From Eledone cirrhosa (taxonomy: Eukaryota), in contig OZ024742.1 in assembly GCA_964016885.1 (NCBI GenBank), forward strand, positions 287,432,001-287,496,000: a stretch of 64,000 nt of DNA, in the 5' to 3' direction. The notes beneath the pieces are model-generated. The model had not been told where the DNA came from, ran no database searches, and was given only the letters and a program-made list of their open reading frames with translations. Positions 1 through 12,234 of this stretch are shown here, in pieces. Positions within the stretch are counted from its first letter, which is position 1. Every line of letters starts with the position of its first letter. Both the position numbers and the translations under genes were made by a program.

Positions 1-54
1 TAGGATCCTACAATATCTCACTTATTTAATTACATTTATTTATTTGTATGTATA

Positions 55-125
55 CATATGGGCGCATATGGGCGCATATGGGTACATATGGGTATATAGG
101 GATACATAGGGGTACATAGGGGTAC
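55..125. repeat. 10-bp tandem repeat (CATATGGGCG / CATAGGGGTA variants)
   Basis: About 7 drifting copies are directly visible. Confidence 0.8.
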
Positions 126-699
126 ATTCAAGGTCTATTATACATAAGGAATTAGATGACCCATAGTCGATTTTGACAATGAATGTTCTTTCAACGGAAC
201 AACCTGCTGATGAAATTAACGTGTATCTCTTAACACATTTCTCAGGGTGATTCTGCATGATACAATGTGTGACAAGTTAGTTACTTTGAAATATAGTTAC
301 AGTCCATCTGGTGGACTTGCAAACAGTTTCCTTCTGCATAAGTTCATTCATAAGACTTGACTCCAACCCGAGTCTATAGTGAATGACACTTGCCCAAGAT
401 ACCACACCATGTGGTGGGATATATCTCATCTTCCTTCAGTATTCAGTATTTAAATTGTGTTTATTTTATTGACCACAGAAGGATAAAAGACGTTGTCTTT
501 TTTTTTTTACTTTATTTGAAATATTCCAGGATAAAAGTCCAATACAAAAAGTCGCAGGAGAAAAAGTAACATTATCATTATCATGAACAAAGGTTTTCGT
601 GAGTTTGAGAAAGTACCAGATTGATGGCTGGCTCAAATAAGACCGCCGAAACTGTAATATGGTGAGAGGAATGAACAAGAACGGGTTAACAAAGGACGC

Positions 700-1740
700 A
701 TTCAGGCCTTAGGTAGTGGGACCTCTTCCAAAGATATATTGCAGTCTCTATTTCATGTCGAAAAAAACTGGCGATGGGTCTGCGGCTTGTCCTGTGAGGC
801 ATGAGATGAACGCATAAAGATTATGTTCTGAGAAGATGGCATTGGTTAGCTTAGTATCTACGGTTATTTTAAATCCTAAGTTACTAAAAGTAAGTAGTAG
901 TTCTTTGCGGAAATTATCCACAGAATGTCCGTTGTCGTCATAGAATACTGCCAAACCATCATCGCGATAGAGACCAATAGTCTAGTTGGGGAATTTTCCT
1001 TTAAGGATATGAAGGATAAAAGTCCAAGCAAATTGCGCACACCGGCAGTATGAAATGATCCCATATACATAGAAAGTATCTTCTGGGTTTGATTTTTTAA
1101 CCCAGGTTATCTCATTAGTAAATAGGAGGGTCTTTCTGGCGTGCGTCATGAATTATATTTCTTGGTCAGTAATTGAACCAAATCCGCAGGTGGACTCCAG
1201 AGCCTTAGCTAATAGTGAACTAGTGATGGAGGTATAAATGTCTGTTATATCGAATTGTGTAAACCTCACCTTATATTTCTCTGGAATATCATTAAACCAA
1301 CCTATTAGAATTCTTCCACTGCAAGTGATCAGTATTATTCTTAAAGGGCGGTGGATTGGCAGTATCGGTAGAGGGTCGGACGCCATGCTTTGCAGCACAG
1401 AGTTACGGCCCTTCATGGTCTGAGTTCAAATCCTGCCGAGGTTAACGTTGCCTTTCATCCTTACGGGGTCGATAAAATAAAGTTCCAGTAATACACTGGG
1501 ATAATTGCTGGCTTTGTGCCAAAAGTAGAAACAATTATTCTTAATAAGTGTATTTATCTCTCTTAATATCTTCTTACAGGCTAATATTATTTCGGTTCTT
1601 GTGGGGTTAATTAATTTACGAGTGGGTCTGTTATTAAAGTCCAGTTTATGATCTTTCAGGTGATGTAAGCATTACGTTTAAGCAAGGTTTTCGGTTCTAT
1701 TATCTCTTACGATGCGCTTAGCTTCATCATTAATTTACAT
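700..1740 (-). mobile_element. Degenerate Penelope-like element (Naiad-type) reverse transcriptase fragment, interrupted by a SINE
   Basis: Minus-strand pieces with frameshifts read ..KDHKLDFNNRPTRKLINPTRTE.., FTQFDITDIYTSI, MGSFHTA and FRKELLLTFSNLGFKITVDT. They are collinear with the better-preserved copy at 55950-56876. Confidence 0.75.
1345..1533 (+). mobile_element. tRNA-derived SINE with target-site duplication
   Basis: A-box-like TGGCAGTATCGG, B-box GAGTTCAAATCC, body GCCTTTCATCCTTACGGGGTCGATAAAATAAAG. TSD ATTATTCTTAA at 1334-1344 and 1534-1544. Confidence 0.9.
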
Positions 1741-2204
1741 TCCTATTGGTTCTCTGATTTGTTTTGGTGAGTTTCCAAATAACGTTGGGGTCTACTGGCC
1801 GTGGCACATTGTTTTTCCACCCTTCCAACAAGAAGTAATGTCAAAGAGACCATCATTGGCAACATGTTGTGCCTTCTATGATGACTACTAAGACGAGCTT
1901 CATTGAGGCACACTCAAAGCACATGAATATATATATATATGTACACATTTCTTCTAGTTTATTTTACACCTAATTCTGTTTAGTTGACTGTATATCTGGT
2001 CGATTTATACATGCTGTAGAAATGTTCGATAAATACTCCGTCGTAACCACCGCGAAGGGGTTGCTTTCGGTTATTTGTCGGAGATTTCTTCATAGGAGCC
2101 TTTATTCTTATAGCTTGGTCTAATTGATTTTTATATGGTTAATTATGCTAATTGGGAGAGGAAACGGTATATATTTTATCTAGTGATTCTATAGACATGT
2201 TTTA

Positions 2205-2250
<46 letters not shown>

Positions 2251-2252
<2 letters not shown>

Positions 2253-2392
2253 CGAAGGAGGTGCGGTAAGGAACCAGATGGATCATAACGCACCAGAGTA
2301 CTCAATACTCAGGATAGTAGAGTGGGTAATAGGAAAATATTTGACCCCGACGGCAGAGCTGAAGCCCTTTCGACGGGGTCAAACATTTTCCT
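2251..2392. repeat. Short fold-back repeat in (TA)n, same family as 47173-47368 and 51997-52192
   Basis: Reverse-complement match to 47173-47368, with the hairpin internally collapsed. Confidence 0.8.
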
Positions 2393-3331
2393 GTATATAT
2401 ATATATATAAAGTTATGAAACGAAAGGAGCTGTGTGTTTACTAAAAACAAGGTTTAGGATGGTGGTTAGGGCGGAACAGGAGGAGAAAGGAAGAAAGGAG
2501 TTTCCATCGTCAGCTGTAAATGTATCCCGAACCGATGTTTCGGCGCTGAATTACAGGACATCGGTGTAGTCCGAGGCCTTTTATTAATCAAAAGACCAGG
2601 TGGAAAAGGAGAGAGAAAAAGAGAGAACAAAAGGAGAGAGAAAAGGAAAGAGAGGGAAAGGAGGAAAAACAGGGGGGGGGGAGATGAGGAGAGAGAGAGA
2701 GGGGGAAAATAGGAAAGGAATGGAAGAAAAAAGTGTACAGATCCCATCGTGGGAAAACACAGGTGAATGCACGCGCATACATAAAATCATTTTGAGCACC
2801 TGAAAAAATCCAGGTAAAGTAATATCGTGTCGACTCTTACGTAGATTTCATGCTTTGCACGATACATACATACATACATACATACATACATACATACATT
2901 CTTCTTCTTCTTCTTCTTCTTCTTCTTCGCCCACTTATTCCTGAGAGGGTCACGGGGGAAGGAGGCAACTCACAAGTCTACATACATACCGTACCTATTT
3001 TTTATTTTTTTTCATTTTTTATTTTTCTTGTTTCTTTGTTGTTGATGTCTTGACATTTCATTCTCTTTCTCCTTGTCCTCCCTCTCTCCACATACTCACA
3101 TTCATAGACACACACACACTCATAGAGAGAGAGAGACAAACACATACAAATGACACAGCAATAAATAATTAAACAAAGAAGTAAATATAACGATAATATA
3201 ACTCATATAAACTAAACCACGAAATGAATTGCTTAATAATGTAATAAAGAAAAATATAGTGAAGGTGTGTTTTTAGAAACGAACAGCCAATCCCCTTTTA
3301 ACATATTTTCATAAATGAGCACGCACACATA

Positions 3332-3395
<64 letters not shown>

Positions 3396-3841
3396 CGTGC
3401 GTGTGTGTGTGTGTGTCTGTGTGTGTGTGCGTGCATGTGTGTCTATGTGTATTTTTATATATAATTATACACACACACACACAAGCGCACATACATACAA
3501 GCGCGCGCACACACACACACCAATAAAAGAAATACAAAGGCGGACATTTTAAAAAAATCCAGTAAAAATACAAAACTAACAAAAAACACGAACTAAATTG
3601 GTATACATCAGCCAGGTATATATACAGGTATAAATTGTTATACATCAGCCATATATATATATATATATCATGTTTAATATAGAAATGGCTTCTACAGGAC
3701 TAGAACTGTTTCATTCAAAAGAAATCACCCGGGACTCACGCATATATATATATATATATATATATAGATAGATAGATAGATATATACATATATGTGTGTG
3801 TGTGTGCGTGCGTGTATGATAAATATATACACACATATATG

Positions 3842-3889
<48 letters not shown>

Positions 3890-3937
3890 ATGTGTGTACG
3901 TGTATGATAAATATATACACACATATATGTATATAAC

Positions 3938-3972
<35 letters not shown>

Positions 3973-3973
<1 letters not shown>

Positions 3974-4329
3974 GTGAAAACAATGAAATTCAACAAAATA
4001 CGGGTAATTCATAGTAAAACTCATTATTTTACGATCGTTTCTGGGGGGTAGTTCTCCGTATGTTCATTTTATTAGTGATCTATGTAAAATATATTACAAA
4101 TTATCAAAGTAAGATAATATACATACGTCTTCCCTACCCGCCGAAATAATTTCTGAAGACGGCGGGTAAGGAAGACGTATGTATATTATCTTACTTTGAT
4201 AATTTGTAATATATTTTACATAGATCACTAATAAAATGAACATACGGAGAACTACCCCCCAGAAACGATCGTAAAATAATGAGTTTTACTATGAATTACC
4301 CGTATTTTGTTGAATTTCATTGTTTTCAC
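3973..4329. repeat. ~170-bp-arm inverted repeat (PLE pLTR-like fold-back) next to (TA)n
   Basis: 3973-4143 is the near-perfect reverse complement of 4160-4329, with a ~16-nt spacer. Confidence 0.9.
4146..4280 (+). ncRNA. Type I hammerhead ribozyme motif with long stem II
   Basis: CTGAAGA at 4153-4159; stem II GGCGGGTA/TACCCCCC plus CGTATG/CATACG; GAAA at 4262; palindromic stem III ACGATCGT; GUA triplet; stem I ATTT/AAAT. The basal pair of stem II is a C-A mismatch. Confidence 0.6.
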
Positions 4330-4504
4330 TATTTGTATTATTTTGACTCTCCTTCCAGTGAATTATATCGTTGAAATTTTGTATTTTAAACTTTGCTTCA
4401 CGACATCTTCTCCATACGGATTACATTGAGTTCTTCATACGGCTTAGCCCCTACCATTAATTGGTGGATTTATCTGTATATGTATATATATATATATATA
4501 TATA

Positions 4505-4710
4505 TGGTGGCTGCCAACTCGTTTTCGAGTACAGCCACTACTTTATATCCATGTAGGAGAACCCCTACCGATGCGCTGAACAAGTGTGACTTTTTAGTCC
4601 AGCCAGCGACTTAAAAACTCTGGTACAAACACTACACCTGTGACAATTATTGACACTTAGTGCTGGGCCCATGGTACCATGTGACGACAAGTCCAGAGAG
4701 ATCTCCAGAT
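4505..4710 (-). mobile_element. 3' end of an RTE-like element encoding a C2H2 zinc-finger remnant
   Basis: CSVCTRVFKSLAGLKSHTCSAH; ends GTTGGCAGCCACCA next to (TA)n; homologous to ~63200-63400. Confidence 0.6.
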
Positions 4711-4989
4711 CCAGATATCCAGATATCCAGATATCCAGATATCTCATATATATATATATATACACTCACACATACATACATATGCACACACGCACACACG
4801 CACACACACACATAGTAAGCATGTTAGTGTGTATGTATTTATGTATGTGTGTGTATGCATGTATGTATGAATGTGTGCGTACACAACACACATACATATA
4901 CATGTGTAAAATACTATATACAGGATGTCCTATATATTTCAATATCTCCTCATTGTCTGATAGGTGCCTATCTACTTTCTCACTAATAC

Positions 4990-5172
4990 TTGTTTCTACT
5001 TTTGGCACAAGGCCAGCAATTACCCAGTGCATTACTGGTACGTTATTTTATCGACCCCGTAAGGATGAAAGGCAAAGTTAACCTCGGCGGGATTTGAACT
5101 CAGAATGGCAAGGGCCGTAACTCCATGCATCAAAGCATGGCGGCCAACCTTCTACCGATACTGCCAATCCAC
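4990..5172 (-). mobile_element. tRNA-derived SINE
   Basis: Reverse complement of the 1345-1533 family. Confidence 0.85.
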
Positions 5173-5387
5173 AATGCTGTAGTTTTCAAAGAAACACTGC
5201 TTGCTCTTTTATCTCACCAGGCCGTTCGATTGGCTCTTCCCGGTAGCATGTCTTACTAGAAATAGCAGCTAAATTATTCCTGAACTCACACTCTATCGTG
5301 TATAGGTAAAAAGATAGGATGGTTACAAGAGGAATGCCTTTGAGTACGGGTCTGTTCGATATCGATCAGAATTGGTTAGGTATTAAA

Positions 5388-5409
5388 TTACTACTACTAC
5401 TACTACTAT

Positions 5410-5502
<93 letters not shown>
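5388..5502. repeat. (CTA)n microsatellite
   Basis: Directly visible. Confidence 0.95.
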
Positions 5503-6009
5503 AAGCACAACTATAATCAGCATATTTATATATATATATATGGAAGTGCTTACACAACAGTTAGTTCACCATACCGAGAACAATTGTTTCACCTTAGCGG
5601 ATCCTCAGCTCGGAATGGGCATGGTTATAGGAACCGTATAGATGATTAAAATGTATTAAATAAGAATGATTAAATGAAAGCGAAAATTATTTATTGATTT
5701 GAAAATATTATTGGATATATCGTTTTTCCGTAAAAAATGTTTTTATTCGTCAAAGAGTTTTTAATTTAGTTGAAATCTGTGTGTCAAGAAGTAAAGCGTC
5801 AATAGAAAAGAAATCATTCTTATATCATGTGAAAACCGGAATGCCTAGTCATGCCTCACATGCAAATACTAGAAATGGCCAAGAACAACACATGAAGCAA
5901 TAAAGTAGTGACAAATGACATTAAGAATAGTGATGATTCTTAGTTGTATAACATTAGATGAGAGCCATCATAACCTTTGGAACTTTGAACACTGTCACGA
6001 CAACATCAC

Positions 6010-6135
6010 ACAATGAACAATGTTGTTTGGTTTCACCAGTAGGGACATAAATACAGAGCTTTAATTGGCTTCCAACTCTTAAGCAACCTATATAAATGTG
6101 GTCATCACCGAAGCAAGATATCTTCTCATCTGTTT
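6010..6135 (-). pseudogene. Relic of a Helitron RepHel / Pif1-type helicase C-terminus
   Basis: SCFGDDHIYIGCLRVGSQLKLCIYVPTGETK resembles the helicase motif VI region CFSHGQLYVACSRVG...TKNIVY. Confidence 0.5.
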
Positions 6136-6990
6136 CTGCTGCCCTTAGAAAACAATAATGTTTAGAAGCTGAGGTCTTTGTATGTGTGGGGCATCTTTTC
6201 CATGTTGATAGAAATATCATTAATAAAAAGAGAAGTATCTTAAGTTACAGAAAAAGCAATAGCAAGGTTAAATGAAACCTCTTGAGTGTACCGCGTACAT
6301 ATAAATTCAATTGTAGCAACATTAAAACTCATAATATAAAATATTTTCGTTAGTTCATGCACACATGTTTCAAAACTATGGTCAACTGTGTAACAGTAAG
6401 TCGTTGTACATAATCAAACTAAACTCACAATTGCCGATGTAATCTGAAATTGCTATCATATTACCCGAGGGAAAAGTCTAAAAAATCTAATTTCAAATTA
6501 CTTCTGCACTACTCATATTGCCCCACTTTATGATTTAGCTAACATGATAAATTCTCATGATCAAAGCTCACGATATGTACAAAACACTTGAAAAATACAA
6601 AATTGTAAGCTAGTCTAAAAATGCGAAATATATTGTCACAAAAATGTAGGATTTTAAAACCACCTCTAATATTTTTATTATGCCTTTAAAAGAGAAAAAC
6701 AACAACGGTGTGTCAACGCCGTTCCATTGTACAACTCATTTTTGCCAGCTGAATGGACTGGAACATCGGGAAATAACGTGTCTTGCTCAAGGACACAATC
6801 GACCCCAGGGCCTTACAATCATGAGCGAAACCTTCTAACAACTAAGCCATATCCCACCTAGGCTAGCTTTGCCTTTCATTCTTACGGGGTCGATAAAATA
6901 AAGCACCAATAACACACTGGAGTCGATTTAATCGACTTTCCCCTCCTCCAAAATGTTTGGCTTTGTGCCTAAATGCGAAACCAAACAAGT

Positions 6991-7203
6991 CAGTGGAGGG
7001 GAGGGGGGATCAGTAGAGCGTCGACAACATGCTTCGCGGCATAGACTTACAGTCCTTTATGATCAGAGTTTAAATCCGGCCGAGGTTAGTTTTGCCTTTC
7101 ATCCTTACGGGGTCGATAGAACAAAGCACCAGTAATACACTGAGGTCGATTTAATTGACTTTCCCCTCCTTTCAAATTGTTGGCATTGTGCCTAAAGTAG
7201 AAA
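6991..7203 (+). mobile_element. tRNA-derived SINE (a partial copy precedes it at ~6866-6980)
   Basis: Same body GCCTTTCATCCTTACGGGGTCGATA as the other copies. Confidence 0.8.
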
Positions 7204-7218
7204 TCATCATTATTATTA

Positions 7219-7763
7219 CTAGCAGAAAAACCACCCTTCGGGTGGTTTTCTGCTATCATGTGTAGTGTGTATATTGATATTATACGCAGGTATATATACA
7301 TGTAGATATGATACATCAAATAAAATCGTAATTGACAATATACACAGAAATTGAACGAAGACTACGTTACACTGTCTTATGTAATCAGTAACGTAATCCA
7401 TGATACATTAAAAAAAGACGATATTATACTAACTGCATTAGAAGAAAATTAGTGACAGAAAATTAGTATGTTTATTTAAGCGATCGCCACCGGAAGTGTT
7501 GACATCACACACTCTCTCTTTCTATATATATTGTAGTTGAAGTGATGGTGGTGGCGACGATATACCGGAAGTGCAACTTTGAAAAGAAGTCAATTTTAAA
7601 TTATTTTTGTTTACGAAATTATTTTGGTTTACGAAATTTAGTAGATAAATTATGTAATATTCATTCATTATTTATTCAAAGTAATCCAACTTATTTTACT
7701 AAACGGGTAAAAAAAAAAAAAACCGTACGCAGTCCCTCAGACCTTCCTTTATTATAGTTTAGA
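7219..7763 (-). mobile_element. Non-autonomous Helitron
   Basis: Minus strand reads A|TCTAAACTATAATAAAG ... hairpin AACCACCC-GAA-GGGTGGTT ... CTAG|T. A second copy lies at 39554-40418. Confidence 0.85.
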
Positions 7764-8191
7764 TACATATTAAGAATAATAATTTTATTTAGAAACTAAT
7801 TTGATTTAGAAGGTTTAAGTCTGCGCTACTTTATATTTTCTATGTAAATATATTTTGTTTACATTTGAATTGCGCGAGTATATTGCAATTTCGTTTAAAA
7901 TGTATAAATATATATGTCGTTTGAAGGTAAACGCATTAATTTGTTTAACTTTCGGAAAATTTAAAACGCTGTTGTTTCAGTTTGAATTTCCTAAGGATAA
8001 ACAATATATTTATTCACATAGCAGAATGTTTTTCTTCATCCAGTAGCATGATGTTCTGCACCTCGATAATAAAGAAAATAGGGAGCAGGTTAGTAGGAGT
8101 ATGAAACTTACGACATTCACCTAATTAGGACAACGCCTCTAAAAAACTGAGCTAACGGACCCTTCACAATTTTGACTGTAGAAATTAAGGA

Positions 8192-8240
<49 letters not shown>

Positions 8241-8246
<6 letters not shown>

Positions 8247-9002
8247 ATATATTGAGAAACACACAGATACATGCGGACACACACATATACATGAATATAT
8301 CCACATCCATCCTTGAGTTAATGGTGCCAACCTTAACCGATGTTGCTCTATGAATAACTGGGACAAACCAATCCGAATGGATTAGACTGAACCAGTATCA
8401 GAGCTAAAAGTACATTATGAAGAGAGAAGAAACATTTAGATATAATTAGTAATAAGATGTATCATACCTAAACTGCTTCTAGATTCCTCGACTACGTAGT
8501 TTCGTGGCATAATCAAAAACAATACATCATAGAGATATAGAGCTTTTGCGAGGTCTGCCGACTTATCAAGAGGATACCTCGTTTTACTAGCCTCAAGAAC
8601 ACGTCTATATGATGTGAGATAGAATCCCAAAAGGCGGAGGGGGAGTCAGTCACGTGATACAACGGTCAAGAAACAGAACTAAGCCCCTTATAACCCCGAA
8701 AAAAATACCACGGAGGCGGAGGGGGTATTTATATCGAAGCCGTAGAAGAGGTGGTTAAGGGGACGAGAAGTATGAGTAATGGCAGCTTTCCAGCAGTCAC
8801 TACACTTCAAAGATTACTCGACCAGAGGGAGTTATAAACAATATATTGAGAAACACACAGATACATGCGGACACACACATATACATGAATATATCCACAT
8901 CCATCCTTGAGTTAATGGTGCCAACCTTAACCGATGTTGCTCTATGAATAACTGGGACAAACCAATCCGAATGGATTAGACTGAACCAGTATCAGAGCTA
9001 AA
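8241..9002. repeat. ~165-bp identical direct repeats (8243-8408, 8838-9002) flanking a hammerhead-containing segment
   Basis: CAATATATTGAGAAACACACAG...CAGTATCAGAGCTAAA occurs twice. Confidence 0.9.
8485..8576 (-). ncRNA. Type I hammerhead ribozyme motif, U3-A8 core variant
   Basis: Minus strand: TCCTC-TTGATAA-GTCGGCA...TGCCAC-GAAA-CTACGTAG-TC|GAGGA. Palindromic stem III ACTACGTAGT, GUC triplet. Confidence 0.7.
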
Positions 9003-9620
9003 TTGGAGTGAAAGCAACTGGTGCGTGTGTTTCTTATTGGCAACATGACCCTCCCAAAGCATAATAATATCGGTTTCAACACACGTTTTCAGATAAAGAA
9101 TCTTGCTAAACAAATTCAGAAACGAAATATATATATATATATATATATATTTCTATATATATATATATATATATATTTCGTTTCTGAATTTGTTTAGCAA
9201 GATTCTTTATCTGAAAACGTGTGTTGAAACCGATATTGTTATGCTTTGGGAGGGTCATGTTGCCAATAAGAAACACACGCATCAGTTGCTTTCACTCCAA
9301 TTTATTATAAATTAAATTTATAAATTTAAGAATTTATAAATTTCCGGTTGGTTGGTTGGTTCCACAACCGGACGGTTGTTCATATATTGTCAAAGTTCTT
9401 TCGTCACACATTCTGTGACCTCTTCAGTGACTGGGGATTCTTTTCTTTGTTTTTGTGCCTCTCCTTTCTTCTGTCCTACGCCATCTTGTTTTTGTGTGGA
9501 ACCAACCAACCAACCGGAAATTTATAAATTCTTAAATTTATAAATTTAATTTATAATAAATTGGAGTGAAAGCAACTTGTGCGTGCGTTTCTTATTGGCA
9601 ACATGACCCTCCCAAAGCAT

Positions 9621-9627
<7 letters not shown>
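9001..9627. repeat. Nested inverted-repeat cluster of a dispersed (PLE-like) repeat
   Basis: 9001-9128 is the reverse complement of ~9175-9302 around a (TA)n core, and ~9235-9367 is the reverse complement of ~9494-9627. The same family occurs at ~46385-46680 and ~51185-51480. Confidence 0.8.
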
Positions 9628-9682
<55 letters not shown>

Positions 9683-10479
9683 TAATACAGTCTGACATTT
9701 AGAAAGATTTATAGCCGTTCAAAACTGATGATTAGGTGGTATAGAACGCACACGCAAACTGTGAATGGAGAATTTGTCTTGAGCAAAAAGTTTCTGCAAG
9801 TATTTTTGAGAGCGTGTGATTAATAACGTGTTTTCTTACTTGAAAGTACACCTTACACATTCATCTACATGTATGTGTAACCGTAATTCATATAAAAATT
9901 ATATATATTTCCTACTGAATATTCAAATACTTAATGAATAGTTTGAACTAGGGATTACATTTTGCATCTGTTCTGGGCCTATTGCAACCTTTGAAAGATT
10001 ACATATGGCTAGAGGCCTATGACAAATTTTACCCGGGCCTGCGTATACGTTCATCTCTATTTGTAATCTTCATTCCTTTTCGTATATCTATAATATATAA
10101 CTTTTAGCGTATATCTGTAATAGCTATGTAATATTGTCTTACGTCAAAAATGGATCCCAATTTGATTGTGGTCGCTCTAGCTTCTCACAACTACATTAGT
10201 TTATGGACCAGTGGAGCATGTGAATAAAGACATTTTACCTTTTGTTATGCATATGTCTTTATTTTGGTCGTCCTTTGTAATCGCTATAATTACATCTTTG
10301 ACAATATTTATCTTGAATTTTACCATATAATATATAAAGAGAATCATCTTCAAACATTTGTGTCCTATCTGCTGTAGTGAAGACAATAACACCTTTTGAG
10401 TAGATATATTACCTTGTCTGAAATATATATTATCTTGTCTGAAATATATATATTACCTTGAAGAATCATGGTGTGCAAA

Positions 10480-10825
10480 TATGGTGACGCGGTTAAGAGG
10501 TCTCCTTTGCAATAACGCGATTTCGCGCTCTATCCCAGTTTCTAGCATCTTATACGCAAAGCAGATTTTGTGCAAGATTGGACATACCCTCAGGAAACCA
10601 GCATCCAACACCACACGCCCAGCTCTGACCTTGAACCCGCAGTGTAACAGGAAAATAGGCCAGCCCCGCGGCAACAGGAGGCGTGATACTGAAGCTAAAT
10701 TAAGAAAAAAATTGGAATCCAACTGGAGTGGAGTGGCGGGAGAAGCCCAGGATCGTGTACGATGGTGGAAGGTCGTCAATAGCCTATGCTGTACAGAGAG
10801 TGGTATGGCTGAATGAATGAATGAA
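10480..10825 (+). mobile_element. RTE-clade LINE 3' fragment with (GAAT)n tail
   Basis: IGHTLRKPASNTTRPALTLNPQCNRKIGQPRGNRRR...AQDRVRW matches the RTE C-terminal W-GH...R-GRP...A-DR-W pattern; tail GAATGAATGAATGAAT. Confidence 0.75.
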
Positions 10826-11073
10826 TTGTATATTGGTTATGCAATAAAAACGTGTCGCATTGGGAGTCTGTACGTTGATGATATTTTGGTGTAACTGTTG
10901 ATCAGATGTGTTATGTCATTCACACTAATGTCACATAATTTATATATTCGATTACATCTAGGACGTTTAACTGTTGTCTCATTGGATAGGTCAGACATAA
11001 CCATTGACATGTGACACATGATGTAATGGTTACTGCAGCTAGGAGATTACATTTGTAGTTAACTTTATATATA

Positions 11074-11838
11074 TAAACGGAAAAAATGAAACGAAATTTC
11101 ATTTCTCTCTCTTAGTACGACTGTTACTTAAATATAAGTATGTACACGTACATACATATATGTATACAGACGTACAGTAGTATGTATATATATATATACA
11201 TACATGCACACATATATATATGTACGTATGGATTCACCGAACATTTATTATAATGCTCGGTGTGTTTATAAACAAATATCCCGAATTAAGCCGTACAGTG
11301 TCTAGCAACCATCGTTGCTCATTTGTTCAACACTGACAAAGGAACGCTGTACTAGTTTCAAGCTTATTAGCTATCGTCAGCAACGTATACCTTCCTGCCA
11401 GATGATTGAACGTCTGAAAGTATATACTTTCCTTATGCATATTAACGGCTGAGCAGCCTAATTTGCATATCAAGTGAGTTAATCGGCCGGGCGCACCGAA
11501 AACGATAAACGGAAAAAATGAAACGAAATTTCATTTCTCACTCTTAGTATGGCTGTTACTTAAATATAAGTATGTACACGTACATACATATATGTATACA
11601 GACGTACAGTAGTATATATATATATATATACATACATGCACATATATATATATGTACGTATGGATTCACCGAACATTTATTATTATGCTCGGTGTGTTTG
11701 TAAACAAACATCCCGAATTAAGCCGTACAGTGTCTTGCAACCATCGTTGCTCGTTTGTTCAACACTGACAAAGGAACGTTGTACTAGTTTCAAGCTTATT
11801 AGCTATCGTCAGCAACGTATACCTTCCTGCCAGATGAT
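11074..11838. repeat. ~330-bp direct duplication (11074-11407, 11506-11838) with a ~97-bp spacer
   Basis: TAAACGGAAAAAATGAAACG...CCTGCCAGATGATT occurs twice with few substitutions. Confidence 0.9.
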
Positions 11839-12098
11839 TTTATCGACCTCATCACCGAAAATATGAAAATATGCAAGAGGAACCCAGCTTGATATAAACA
11901 CAAATTTATGTAAAGCAACGATCCTTTAAGATTTTATATGTCTCTATGAGTTCTGCGCCCTTGGCAGCTGCCTAGTTGGAGTAATAGTAGCGCCAGTCCT
12001 GACTGAAGAACGTTCATGTCTTTCTTAAACGGAAGTAAAAGGCTTACTTTAATGTAGACAATCAGTTTCGAATATGTATTCACCAGCAAATGTATGTA

Positions 12099-12234
<136 letters not shown>

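Noticed and set aside
1345-1440. tRNA gene
   Set aside because: The A/B boxes belong to a SINE head; there is no cloverleaf.
7970-8095. Possible host exon (CAG...CAG|GTTAGT)
   Set aside because: Splice-like strings only, with no recognisable coding frame or partner exons.
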